Shown piece after piece: positions 19,670 through 28,625 of a stretch of DNA of 64,000 bases. The stretch is from Candidatus Acidiferrum sp. (GTDB lineage: Bacteria; Acidobacteriota; Terriglobia; Acidiferrales; UBA7541), in NCBI GenBank assembly GCA_035622585.1, contig DASPVC010000060.1:119096-183095 (forward strand). The letters run 5' to 3'. Positions within the stretch are counted from its first letter, which is position 1, and each line of letters starts with the position of its first letter. Made by a program: the position numbers and the translations under genes. Below the pieces are notes generated by a model. It made no database searches and had not been told where the DNA came from. It saw only the letters and a program-made list of their open reading frames with translations.

Positions 19670-19880
19670 GGCTGTCTTTCTCCCTTTCGTCACCAAAAGG
19701 CTCTATCGGCCTTTGACGTATTAGTGCGTTAGACGTAGTTTCTGGAGAATCGTACCGTTCGCGCAGCAAGAAAGGGATTTCGCAGCAGGTACTGCGGGTA
19801 CCCGTCCTGCTACCTTCCTTATTATAGATGCATAGGGGCGTTTCCGGGTATACCGCAGCGAACGAGCGGTTTTCGCGCGG

Positions 19881-20588
19881 CTAGCTAATCAGTCGCGCGA
19901 TGAAGAACGCTGCGGCTGCGGCCAGTCCGCCGACGAGCACCGTTTGGAAACCTCCGCGCCACGGCTTCACGCCCGTGTAGTGGCCCTTGATCGCGCCGAA
20001 GACGAATAGCGCAGAGAGCGTGACACCGACCGAAACCCACAGCGCCGGACGAATGCTCTGCATCGCGATGTACGGCGCGAGAGGAATCAGCCCTCCGACG
20101 ATGTACGACCCTGCGATCGTCGCCGCGCTGCGCGCGGCGCGCGAAGGGTCCGGTTCTTCGAGTCCAAGTTCGAAGCGCATCATAAAGTCCACCCAGCGCT
20201 TTTGATTGCCGATGATCGCAGAAACGACAGGAGCCATCTGCTCCTCGGTCAGTCCGTAGTCGCGGAATACCTTCGCCACTTCTTCGGTTTCGATATCAGG
20301 CAGCTCGACCGTCTCGCGGTACTCGCGATCGAGCTCGGCAGCGTAGTGTTCCGTGTCGGTTTTCGCCGCGAGATAGCCGCCCAGGCCCATCGCAATCGAT
20401 CCAGCGGCGATTTCTGCAAAGCCGGCAGTCACGATGATTCCTGTTCCTCTCGCAACTGCGGCTGCTGCGCTCGTGAGTCCGGCAGCCAGCGCGAACGGCA
20501 CAGTCAACCCATCCGACATACCGATGACGATGTCGCGCACGGCTGCGTTCGCCGTGAAGTGCTTTTCCACATGCTCGACGGACGGCAT
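19881..20588 (-). CDS. VIT1/CCC1-family iron/manganese transporter
   Basis: [22 protein letters not shown] motif and C-terminal TM helices. Confidence 0.8.
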   Translation of the reverse strand: MPSVEHVEKHFTANAAVRDIVIGMSDGLTVPFALAAGLTSAAAAVARGTGIIVTAGFAEIAAGSIAMGLGGYLAAKTDTEHYAAELDREYRETVELPDIETEEVAKVFRDYGLTEEQMAPVVSAIIGNQKRWVDFMMRFELGLEEPDPSRAARSAATIAGSYIVGGLIPLAPYIAMQSIRPALWVSVGVTLSALFVFGAIKGHYTGVKPWRGGFQTVLVGGLAAAAAFFIARLIS

Positions 20589-20628
20589 GAAGTCCTCCCG
20601 AAAGCTACTTGCAAATGTGGTCCGATTG

Positions 20629-20657
20629 TTCGACGTTTCCCGCCAGGCGCGTATAAT
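20629..20657 (+). promoter_or_regulatory. Sigma70-like promoter TTCGAC-N17-TATAAT upstream of the SOD gene
   Basis: Perfect -10 TATAAT at 20652-20657, 35 nt upstream of the 20692 ATG, which has a GGAGG SD. Confidence 0.5.
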
Positions 20658-20691
20658 TATGGCGCAGGAACCGGGAAACTGGAGGTGCATA

Positions 20692-21339
20692 ATGTCAGCT
20701 ACTTCAGGACAAGGAGCCGCTCCGCAAATGAGCCATACGTTGCCGAATCTGCCGTATTCCTTTGACGCGCTCGAACCCTACATCGACGCGAAGACGATGG
20801 AAATCCATCACGACAAGCACCACGGCGCATACGTCACCAATCTCAACAAGGCTCTCGAAGCTCAGCCGGACTTACAAAGACTGACGGTCGAGGAACTGCT
20901 CGCGCAGATCAACAAGGTGCCGGAATCCATTCGCACCGCCGTGCGCAACAACGGCGGCGGCCACATGAACCACACGATGTTTTGGAAGCTCATGAAGAAG
21001 GGTGGAGGCGGAGAACCTTCCGGTGATCTCGCCGCGGCCATCAAGGGAGCCTTTGGCACGTTTGCCGACTTCAAGGCGAAGCTGGCGCAGGCGGGGATGG
21101 GCCGGTTTGGCTCCGGTTGGGCGTGGCTGCTCCTGCGCGACGGCAAGCTCGCGATCGAATCCACCGCCAATCAGGACAACCCGATCATGGACGGCGGCAA
21201 AGCAGTTTTGGGCATCGATGTCTGGGAACACGCCTACTACTTGAAATATCAGAACCGCCGCGCGGATTACATCGAGGCGTGGTGGAACACGGTCAACTGG
21301 GCGCAAGTCGCCGACAACTACGCCGCTGCTAGGAAGTAG
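20692..21339 (+). CDS. Fe/Mn superoxide dismutase
   Basis: [26 protein letters not shown] and DVWEHAYYL motifs. Confidence 0.95.
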   Translation: MSATSGQGAAPQMSHTLPNLPYSFDALEPYIDAKTMEIHHDKHHGAYVTNLNKALEAQPDLQRLTVEELLAQINKVPESIRTAVRNNGGGHMNHTMFWKLMKKGGGGEPSGDLAAAIKGAFGTFADFKAKLAQAGMGRFGSGWAWLLLRDGKLAIESTANQDNPIMDGGKAVLGIDVWEHAYYLKYQNRRADYIEAWWNTVNWAQVADNYAAARK

Positions 21340-21446
21340 ACGGTCTTCTGTTGTTTCGATTCCTGGTCCGCTCCTGCTCTATGGAACGGACCAGGCAGTC
21401 TCTTCGACCACATGCCGCTCGCCGCTTTAGCCGCCTGCCTGCAGCT

Positions 21447-22220
21447 TTAGTGCGCCCAAATCTTGTCGGGATCCGTTTCAAACGGATAGACGTGTACCAT
21501 CCATCCGAAGATCTGGGGAATCCAGATTCCGCCCGCTTTGGCGCATGCGTCCTGCGACGCAATTGAGCCGGTCAAACCAAACTGTTTCCAATCAGCCTGC
21601 TGCGAAGGTGTCCCTTTCGGAGGCATGCACAAATTCACGTGCTCGTGCCAGCGGGCCACACTTAGGGGAACGCGGTCGTTCAGTTGCTGCTCGGTCGCGC
21701 TCTTGGGGGCCGTGTACATTGCGCCCACCAGCTCGTAGCTGTCCGACGTCTTTTTGTAGAGCAGTGACGTCGGATGCGCGGGATTGAAGATGAACGCAGC
21801 GGCAAACGCGTAGCGGTAGTTCGTGAAGTGATATTGCGGCTGCTGCACTTTAGGCAGGAAGATCTGATAACCGTCCGCCAGCGCTAATTTGTAGTCCTTA
21901 TATTTGCTGATCGACCGCCTCAGGATGTCGAGAATTTCCGCAGCCCTGCGGTCATCGCCGGGCCCCTTGGGTTGCAGTACCGTCATGTACATGTGAGGGT
22001 TCATGTCCATGTCGGAACCGGCCATCGACGACATTTCGTCATTGGCCGCTTTAGCAGCTTCCGGATACTGCTCGGTTTCGTGCTGCATGTCGCTCATGCC
22101 CGCGCTGGCCTGGCTTTGGGGGTGTCCCTCCGCGGATTTCGAAGTTTGTTGCGCGCCAGCGGATGCCGCCATGAGCATCGCCGCTGCTACAAGAAAAACT
22201 CCGTATCGTTGCGTAATCAT
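21447..22220 (-). CDS. Secreted hypothetical protein with a Met/His/Asp-rich N-terminal segment
   Basis: Signal peptide MITQRYGVFLVAAAMLMAASAGAQQ, followed by MSDMQHETEQ...MSSMAGSDMDMNPHMYM. Confidence 0.6.
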   Translation of the reverse strand: MITQRYGVFLVAAAMLMAASAGAQQTSKSAEGHPQSQASAGMSDMQHETEQYPEAAKAANDEMSSMAGSDMDMNPHMYMTVLQPKGPGDDRRAAEILDILRRSISKYKDYKLALADGYQIFLPKVQQPQYHFTNYRYAFAAAFIFNPAHPTSLLYKKTSDSYELVGAMYTAPKSATEQQLNDRVPLSVARWHEHVNLCMPPKGTPSQQADWKQFGLTGSIASQDACAKAGGIWIPQIFGWMVHVYPFETDPDKIWAH

Positions 22221-22621
22221 GCCTGCCTCTCTATAGAAATTAACGCAAAGACGGAACGGAGTTTTCAGGAGCTACAGGCAACATGCGCGAAGCGTCAACG
22301 CCGGTCTTCGAAGGCGGGCCGAGAACGAAGTGGGAGGCCCGGGGTGGGCCGGGCCTCCTAGCGGGGGTACGTCCGGAGATACAACAGGGCCAGCATGCGC
22401 GGAGCGTGTCCCGGCACACCGCGTGACTGGCCATGGCAATGTAACCCCGGACTGCGCAAAAAGTTCCGGCTTCGCGGCGGCATAGCCAAGCGGGCAGGAC
22501 TGGCGCACACCGAACTTTTGAAGAGAGTGTATACACTCGGTCAACCCGCCATTACTGGGTCACCACGTGCCGTTGGGACTCTTGACGGCGACGCCGAAAT
22601 CTGTAAACTGCCCTTTTCGAC

Positions 22622-22906
22622 ATGGCGACTCAAGCCAATCCGCTGGACGAGGCCGCGCAGGATTTCCAGTTCCCGCAGCGCGAGGCCGCTTTCTTTTACG
22701 GGCTTTTCCTGCGCGGACATACGGCCGAAGAAATTCGCCGCGATATCGCGGTGCCGGCCGCCGTTCTCGCCAAGTGGGATCGTGAAAGCCAGCGACAGCC
22801 GCACCTCCGCACGATGCTCGAACGCGTTGTCGAATACCGTCGCCATGTACTCGCGATCTTTGAGAACCTGATCGGGCACGACGCGTCCTCTCAGCGAATC
22901 CAGTAG
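22622..22906 (+). CDS. Possible small HTH protein (sigma-70 region-4-like)
   Basis: PQREAAFFYGLFLRGHTAEEIRRDIAVPAAVLAKW resembles a region-4 HTH. An antisense ORF (22541-22942) shares the second codon position, and GC1 versus GC3 counts do not discriminate between them. Confidence 0.35.
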   Translation: MATQANPLDEAAQDFQFPQREAAFFYGLFLRGHTAEEIRRDIAVPAAVLAKWDRESQRQPHLRTMLERVVEYRRHVLAIFENLIGHDASSQRIQ

Positions 22907-22997
22907 TTCCACCGGAGCAGTTCGGGGCGAACCGCCAGGCAACGCGCAGGCAGCAATTCCTGAATCCTTTTCCCTTCCTCACTGGTCTACTCAGTGT

Positions 22998-23627
22998 GTG
23001 GGAACACTAGCCGCTTCAACGTTATGCCTTGGAGGTGACTGTGTGGGTGCAGCTGAAGGCATCGGCAGGCGTGGGCTCCTGCGCGTGCTGTTCTCCGGGG
23101 CGGGATTGGCTCTCTCCAAGGGAACGAATGAAACGATCCACGCGCTGGGAAGTGTGCGGAGACTGACCGAAATTTCAGGGAAGCCCTTCGAGGATGTCGT
23201 CGCGGCATTTGAAGCTGCGATCGGGCATCCTGATATGGGCGAGTTCCTCAATGCCATCGGCGCCGCGAAAACGAACGCTGAAATGGAAGGCGTCGTTCAT
23301 GGGGCGCTGGGAAAGTCGGGCTTCATGCAGTTCGCGCGCTTTGATCTCGGCGCCGTGGTGCGGAAAGAAACCGGACTGCAATCGCCCAAGATCGTCCGGT
23401 ACCTCGTCGGAAATCCGCTAATCATGAGGGAGATGGTGAAACGCGTACCTGATGCGGGCTCATATGCGCCAGTGACTGTATTGATCGACGAGCGTTCCGA
23501 CGGCGTCCACCTTTCATACGACCTAGTAGCCTCCTTCCTGGAGTCGTACGGAAATTCCGAGGCGATCCGTGTCGCTCGCGATCTCGACGGCAAGGTCGAG
23601 AGCTTGCTAAAACAAGCCGCTGCCTGA
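22998..23627 (+). CDS. DUF302-domain protein with a Tat-like N-terminus
   Basis: RRGLLRVLFSGAGLALS leader. DUF302-like core is FARFDLGAVV...PKIVRYLVGNPLIM...APVTVLIDE. Confidence 0.65.
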   Translation: MGTLAASTLCLGGDCVGAAEGIGRRGLLRVLFSGAGLALSKGTNETIHALGSVRRLTEISGKPFEDVVAAFEAAIGHPDMGEFLNAIGAAKTNAEMEGVVHGALGKSGFMQFARFDLGAVVRKETGLQSPKIVRYLVGNPLIMREMVKRVPDAGSYAPVTVLIDERSDGVHLSYDLVASFLESYGNSEAIRVARDLDGKVESLLKQAAA

Positions 23628-23774
23628 ACGCGCCGCATCCCTTGGCGCGACGGTCGGCGACCTGTCTTGTTCAGACCGATGCTAGGCCTTCCTGGCAATC
23701 GATGTGGTCGCGTTGACTCCGCCGGGCGCGTCATCTACACTTTTTTCTGCGAACCCTTCACAGTGCGCAACGCT

Positions 23775-23814
23775 TCCCCGGTAGCTCAATGGTAGAGCGT
23801 TCGGCTGTTAACCG
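23775..23814 (+). repeat. attL: 40-nt copy of the 5' half of tRNA-Asn
   Basis: TCCCCGGTAGCTCAATGGTAGAGCGTTCGGCTGTTAACCG is identical to 35819-35858. The following sequence is unrelated to the tRNA 3' half. Confidence 0.85.
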
Positions 23815-24086
23815 TGGCCCAACGAAGAATCAACAACATACGGCAATTTTCACGGAGTGCGCCGAATTACGACTAACTGCTTTTAAGTGAAGCAGTCGCG
23901 CGGGCTGCGTCACAATTCGCGTCACTCGGTCGGGTTTGCCGGTAGGCACAAAACTGGGCACAGCCGATTTCGTCCAATCCCGCTGTGGGCCTTCGCGTGG
24001 ATTTGTTATGATTCAACTCGCCCCACTGCACGTCTGCGACGGACTTCAATCAGAACGCGCGGTTTCCATCACATCAAGGAGTCACC

Positions 24087-24356
24087 ATGTCAGAGGATGA
24101 AAGAGTGGTCGGGCAGAAGCACGTTGAAGCAACAATCGCGGAGATGATGCATGGGCGAGAAGTGCAATCCGATGCGCCCGTCGCGTGGCACCATGACTTT
24201 GACCGCGATGTCTGGATCCTCGAAGTCAGTTCCCGTGGTGAAAAACACCGTTGGAAAATCAGCGGCGAAGATTTAGCTGACTACGCAACTGACCGAAGCG
24301 TCCGCCGAAGAGTCGATGGCCAGTTGCGGATGTACGTCATTCCGCAAAAGACCTAG
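24087..24356 (+). CDS. Hypothetical small protein (89 aa)
   Basis: Canonical SD AAGGAG 7 nt upstream of the ATG. Followed by a hairpin. Confidence 0.6.
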   Translation: MSEDERVVGQKHVEATIAEMMHGREVQSDAPVAWHHDFDRDVWILEVSSRGEKHRWKISGEDLADYATDRSVRRRVDGQLRMYVIPQKT

Positions 24357-24379
24357 CCGTTGCAGTCCCAGTCTACCCG

Positions 24380-24416
24380 AAGCCCCGGCTCGGATTGTCC
24401 CGAGGCGGGGCTTTGT
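24380..24416 (+). terminator. Terminator-like hairpin
   Basis: AAGCCCCGGCTCGG / CCGAGGCGGGGCTT gives a 14-bp stem with one mismatch and a 6-nt loop. The T tract is weak. Confidence 0.4.
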
Positions 24417-24462
24417 TCCATGCTCGCACCGCTTTAATATAACGGTTCGACGGCGTCCCGAA

Positions 24463-25098
24463 ATGAACTGGACCGAGATCGTCAAAACGCTCGGCAGCGT
24501 TCTAATTGGTTCAGGCGCGGGCGTGTGGCTTCTCAAAAGCATTTGGTCGCAGGTGTTATCTCGTGACTTGGAGACATTCAAATCGAACCTCGAAAGTAGA
24601 AATGCCATCGAGATTGAACGATTGAGGGACGAACTCAAAAGAGTAGCTTTTGAACACGAAACCCGCTATGCAAGGCTTCACGAGAAACGCGCGGAGGTCT
24701 TAGAGGAGCTATTCAAGCGGCTGGTGAAGGCGAATCGCGCGTTTTCTGACAGATTCCGCACGGGTCGCTTTGCCGGTGAGCCATCCCTAGAGGTACAAAG
24801 CGAACAGGCAGCAGAAGCAGCCAACCAATTCGTCGATTGGTTTTCTGAGAACATGCTCTTCATTGACGATGCGCTGAGAGAAAAAATTTACAGTGTCAAT
24901 AATCACTTTCTCAACCTGTGGCGCACACAGGCACCTATGTCGGGAGAAGAACGAGGTAGGATTATTTCGGAGTTTTTCAAAGAATCGCCCGCGCTGTTAG
25001 ACGACATTCGAGGGAGAATTCTCGAAATGCTATCGCCGTCAGCGAATGACGGTGGGCCTCAACGAGATCATGGTGGGCTGCCGCGTGGGCGAGGCTAG
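24463..25098 (+). CDS. Hypothetical membrane-anchored protein: one N-terminal TM helix plus a long helical/coiled-coil region
   Basis: MNWTEIVKTLGSVLIGSGAGVWLLKSIW is followed by heptad-like charged helices. The ORF-track start at 24316 overlaps the previous gene, so the internal ATG is preferred. Confidence 0.55.
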   Translation: MNWTEIVKTLGSVLIGSGAGVWLLKSIWSQVLSRDLETFKSNLESRNAIEIERLRDELKRVAFEHETRYARLHEKRAEVLEELFKRLVKANRAFSDRFRTGRFAGEPSLEVQSEQAAEAANQFVDWFSENMLFIDDALREKIYSVNNHFLNLWRTQAPMSGEERGRIISEFFKESPALLDDIRGRILEMLSPSANDGGPQRDHGGLPRGRG

Positions 25099-25139
25099 GC
25101 ATCCCCGTCCTTCGCTATAATTCCAGCAGGACAACTAGG

Positions 25140-26363
25140 GTGACAAACGAAAACGGGAAGGCGCGAGAACTGACCGCGCCAACCGTCAAGACGCTCAAAC
25201 TCTTATTCGCGCGATCGGGGAACAAATGTGCGTTTCCTAGATGCGCCGTTGCGATCATAGACGGCAACACAGTCATCGGCGAAGTGTGTCACATCAAAGG
25301 GGAGAAGCCCGGTGCTGCGAGGTATGACGCCAATCAAACGGCTGCGGAGCGACATGCTTATGACAATCTGATTCTGCTTTGTCGAAACCACCACAGGGTT
25401 ATTGACGATGATGAAGAAGCATACACCGTTGAAAGACTCCACAAAATGAAGAGTGACCACGAACAGCGTGCTGCCGCAATGGCAGAAGATTTTGTCAATC
25501 AAGCAGCGGGACTCTTGATAGACAACTCCGTTACAACATCGAATCAATCTGGCGGGATAACTGCGCATACGGTGAATATTCACAACTATCCGCCGCTGAA
25601 AGCAGAAGCGGCTCCTGTCGATTCATCTAGTCGTTTTCCCGCAGCCGAACCGAAGGACGGTCAGGCTCGATTCCGGCTTCGCGACCAATCGCTCGGAGTC
25701 AACTGGAATCCGATTCCCTACGCCACTGGAATTGACCGCGAAATCTTCCTGTCTGTCGGTGCCGCTATGTGGCTTCGGGTAATGCCTAGGACCAATCAAG
25801 GACGAAGCTGGTCTGCCGACGAGTTGCGCAAGTGTGCTACGCACGGCAACATTACCTTACAGCCTTTTCTGTGGACTAGTCTCGAATATCTTCGGGCTGA
25901 GGACGGTTTCGGAACCTACGCGATAACCGGCAATCAAGAAACTGAAACAAAGTCAGTTGCGTTCGCCTTTGAAACCGGCGAGATTTGGAGCGTGGATACG
26001 TCTATACTCAATATCGACAAGCGGAAAAACCTCTACTTTCTCGACATTGCGAGAGCCTTCGTAGTGGGACTTCATAACTACGGGCTGTTCCTCAGCAATC
26101 TTGGCGTCGAGCCTCCGTTCGGTTGGATTGCCGGACTAGAAGGCGTGAAAGGTTGGAGACTTCAGTTGCCGACGCCACACGGTCGGGCGAGCGTGTTTCC
26201 CGGCAATAGCTGCCTAAGCGAATCCATCACTGCGAACGGCTCTTACGATTTGAAACAGACTCCGGGTGTTGCGCTTCGACCGTTCTTTACGCAAATCTGT
26301 CGGAAGTGCGCGATGGAATACTCAGAGTTCGTGAGATCGCACGTCGAACAGCCGCTGGCGTAG
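25140..26363 (+). CDS. HNH-nuclease-domain protein fused to a ~290-aa C-terminal domain I could not assign
   Basis: N-terminus KCAFPRC...GEVCHIKGE...YDNLILLCRNHHRVID is an HNH (CxxC, His, Asn, HH) signature. GTG start; a TATAAT lies in the 41-nt upstream gap. Confidence 0.7.
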   Translation: MTNENGKARELTAPTVKTLKLLFARSGNKCAFPRCAVAIIDGNTVIGEVCHIKGEKPGAARYDANQTAAERHAYDNLILLCRNHHRVIDDDEEAYTVERLHKMKSDHEQRAAAMAEDFVNQAAGLLIDNSVTTSNQSGGITAHTVNIHNYPPLKAEAAPVDSSSRFPAAEPKDGQARFRLRDQSLGVNWNPIPYATGIDREIFLSVGAAMWLRVMPRTNQGRSWSADELRKCATHGNITLQPFLWTSLEYLRAEDGFGTYAITGNQETETKSVAFAFETGEIWSVDTSILNIDKRKNLYFLDIARAFVVGLHNYGLFLSNLGVEPPFGWIAGLEGVKGWRLQLPTPHGRASVFPGNSCLSESITANGSYDLKQTPGVALRPFFTQICRKCAMEYSEFVRSHVEQPLA

Positions 26364-26531
26364 TAGTGGTGCACGTGGCAGGGGACTATTGGCTGCGTTC
26401 GATTTTCACGACGGCAAGATCGCGCCGGGCGCTGGCTGCGTTGCAATTGGCCTCACCCAGCCGGGTTTGCGTGTAGGTAGGATGTCAGGCACAGTGCAAC
26501 ACCGCTAATCCTATGCACGTGGAACGTATCC

Positions 26532-27416
26532 TCAGTACGTGAGCAGAAGACGGTCAGCCACGACTTCTTCCTCAAGGGTTTGCCCATCCATCTGGAAGCG
26601 TCGCAACATGGACCGACCGCAATGAACGAAAATTTCCCGCTCAAATAGTGTCGCTGGGATAGGGAGTTCGCATAGCTTTGAACCGGACTTCTTCGTGCCA
26701 TCAATGCTGACAGCGACATAGACGCCCCGCCGCTTGCAATCTGCTATCACTTGGAACAGATGCTCCAGATCAAACGATTGGGCACCATACAAGATCGTTT
26801 GGCTGTGACTGTACGGCGGGTCGCAATAAACCAAATCACGTTCCTTTGCTTTGGCCATAGCGTCTTCGTAGGGAAGGCAGAGGAATGTTGTCCCTTTCGT
26901 TCGCTGGTGCCATTCATCAACTCGCTCTGCAAAGGACTCAGGGGAAATTGGTTCGTGAATGCCGCAAGGAGTAGACATGTAGCCGTCGTTTTGCCGAAAC
27001 CGCACGACGCCGCCGTAGCAACTGCGGCACAGGAATAGCAGGTCCGCCCCGTTGGGTTTGCGATTGTAGGAAGCCTTAATTTCTTCGTACCCTCTAACCT
27101 TATTGCCAGCCTGCTTCATGCGGTGCCAACGCTTGCGATACCACTCTTTCAACTGTTCGGGATCATCGTGTAGAGTCTGCCAAATCTCTATTAGTGGCGA
27201 GAAATTATCGGATGCAGTCGCGTGCTTCGGCGACAGAGTGGCCAGCACACCGCCGCTTCCGACGAACGGCTCAAAGTAGCGGTTGAACTGTTCTGGGAAA
27301 TAGGAAACGATCTCGTGCGCGAAACGCTGCTTGTTGCCAATCCACTTTAGCAATTGCGCGGTGAAGGGTCTGACCGAGCGCGGGGCGGTCGCTTCATCAA
27401 AAAGTATAAGCTGCAT
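26532..27416 (-). CDS. Dam-like (D12 class, alpha group) N6-adenine DNA methyltransferase
   Basis: KWIGNKQRF, FEPFVGSGGV (SAM motif) and VYCDPPY (catalytic DPPY). Confidence 0.9.
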   Translation of the reverse strand: MQLILFDEATAPRSVRPFTAQLLKWIGNKQRFAHEIVSYFPEQFNRYFEPFVGSGGVLATLSPKHATASDNFSPLIEIWQTLHDDPEQLKEWYRKRWHRMKQAGNKVRGYEEIKASYNRKPNGADLLFLCRSCYGGVVRFRQNDGYMSTPCGIHEPISPESFAERVDEWHQRTKGTTFLCLPYEDAMAKAKERDLVYCDPPYSHSQTILYGAQSFDLEHLFQVIADCKRRGVYVAVSIDGTKKSGSKLCELPIPATLFEREIFVHCGRSMLRRFQMDGQTLEEEVVADRLLLTY

Positions 27417-27444
27417 CGTCTAGGGTCTTCCCAGCGGTCCGCAT

Positions 27445-27465
27445 CATATCCTGTTTTGGGATATG
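27445..27465. promoter_or_regulatory. Candidate C-box operator in the divergent M / C-R intergenic region
   Basis: CATATCC-N7-GGATATG is a perfect inverted repeat. A third CATATC half-site lies at 27477-27482, just upstream of the C gene ATG (27496). Confidence 0.4.
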
Positions 27466-27495
27466 CGTCAAGACTCCATATCATCCTAACATCTG

Positions 27496-27732
27496 ATGGC
27501 AAAGAGTAGCGTCCGAAGAACACACCTGCTGGAATTATTGCGGCAGGTGCGAACTGAAGCGGGCCTCCGCCAAGTAGACCTTGCCAAGAAGTTGCGTCAG
27601 CCGCAGTCGTTCGTCAGCAAATACGAGTCGGGCGAACGCCGTCTAGACCTTCTGGAACTCGGTCAGGTCTGCAAGGCGTGCGGAATCTCGCTGGTCAAGT
27701 TTGTTGAACGGTTCGACGGAAAGGGAGCATGA
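27496..27732 (+). CDS. XRE-family HTH controller (C) protein of the R-M system
   Basis: 78 aa. LRQVDLAKKLRQPQSFVSKYESGERRLDLLEL HTH. Its stop overlaps the next ATG (ATGA). Confidence 0.8.
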   Translation: MAKSSVRRTHLLELLRQVRTEAGLRQVDLAKKLRQPQSFVSKYESGERRLDLLELGQVCKACGISLVKFVERFDGKGA

Positions 27733-28616
27733 AGCCAGATCAGCGTTTCGTCAAGCAGCCGAAACACTTTTGGGCAAACGTTCGTTCGCTGAGTCAGAGG
27801 CTCGGGTACACCGGGGCCGGAAGCCAGATCAAAGTCTTCAGCGTTCCTGAAATCGTTGAAGGTCTGAAGTCCCTTAGTCTCTCTATTGCGCACGTCATCG
27901 ATGCCAAGGACAAACCTACAGGCTTCGGCACCACTCTTCACGACTACTTTGGTCATCGGGCAAAGGTCTTGAACGATTACGTTCGACCACGACTGATGAA
28001 CAAAGAGCGGGCCGCCAAGGAATTTGCCACTCTGTACAAAAAGCTCAAGCCACGTTGCCCGATCCCAATGAACAAACAGAAAGGCGAAAAGAGGGCTGAG
28101 GCATATTTGACCGCCATCGTGAATATGCTGGTTGAGCAGGCTATCGGCGATTTGCCGTGCGACTACGATCCTCGTGTACTCACGACCATTACCCGCGAAG
28201 GCGTTCCGGTGAGGACCTTATCGCGGCGCATTGACGGAGCGTTTCCAAGCAGCATCAACCCGGTGGCGGTGTGGGAAGTTAAGGAATACTACAACACAAC
28301 AACATTCGGAAGCCGAGTCGCCGATGGCGTGTATGAGACGCAACTGGACGGAATGGAGCTTGAAGAACTCCTTGAGCACGAGAAGATTGAGGTCAAGCAC
28401 TACCTCATGGTGGATGACGAGTTCACGTGGTGGCAATGCGGACGTTCATATCTCTGCCGGATTATTGACATGCTTCACATGGGATATGTAGATGAGGTTT
28501 TGTTTGGGTATGAAGTAATTGAGGAGCTTCCCGGTATCGCCAAGCAATGGGTAGAAGTTGAACGCCAGCGGCCCAAGAAAGCCATTGCCCGCACTCATTC
28601 TGTCCAACAGACATGA
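27729..28616 (+). CDS. Putative type II restriction endonuclease (PD-(D/E)xK-like)
   Basis: Translationally coupled to the C gene and divergent from the MTase. RRIDGAFPSSINPVAVWEVKEYY fits D-x13-E-x-K. Confidence 0.6.
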   Translation: MKPDQRFVKQPKHFWANVRSLSQRLGYTGAGSQIKVFSVPEIVEGLKSLSLSIAHVIDAKDKPTGFGTTLHDYFGHRAKVLNDYVRPRLMNKERAAKEFATLYKKLKPRCPIPMNKQKGEKRAEAYLTAIVNMLVEQAIGDLPCDYDPRVLTTITREGVPVRTLSRRIDGAFPSSINPVAVWEVKEYYNTTTFGSRVADGVYETQLDGMELEELLEHEKIEVKHYLMVDDEFTWWQCGRSYLCRIIDMLHMGYVDEVLFGYEVIEELPGIAKQWVEVERQRPKKAIARTHSVQQT

Positions 28617-28625
28617 GTCCGCGCA

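Noticed and set aside
22541-22942. 133-aa - strand ORF overlapping the 94-aa + strand ORF.
   Set aside because: The two frames share second codon positions, and the GC counts (about 71% versus 73%) do not discriminate between them. The + strand product has an HTH-like pattern, so it is listed at low confidence. The - strand ORF has no recognisable features.
23775-23814. Partial tRNA-like sequence that could be called a tRNA pseudogene.
   Set aside because: It is exactly the first 40 nt of the intact tRNA-Asn at 35819, and no 3' half follows. It is better explained as the att direct repeat of the island.
23887-24147. 86-aa ORF at the left edge of the island.
   Set aside because: It overlaps the well-signalled 24087 gene start. 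Its translation is Arg/His/Ser-rich with no SD, so it is likely spurious.
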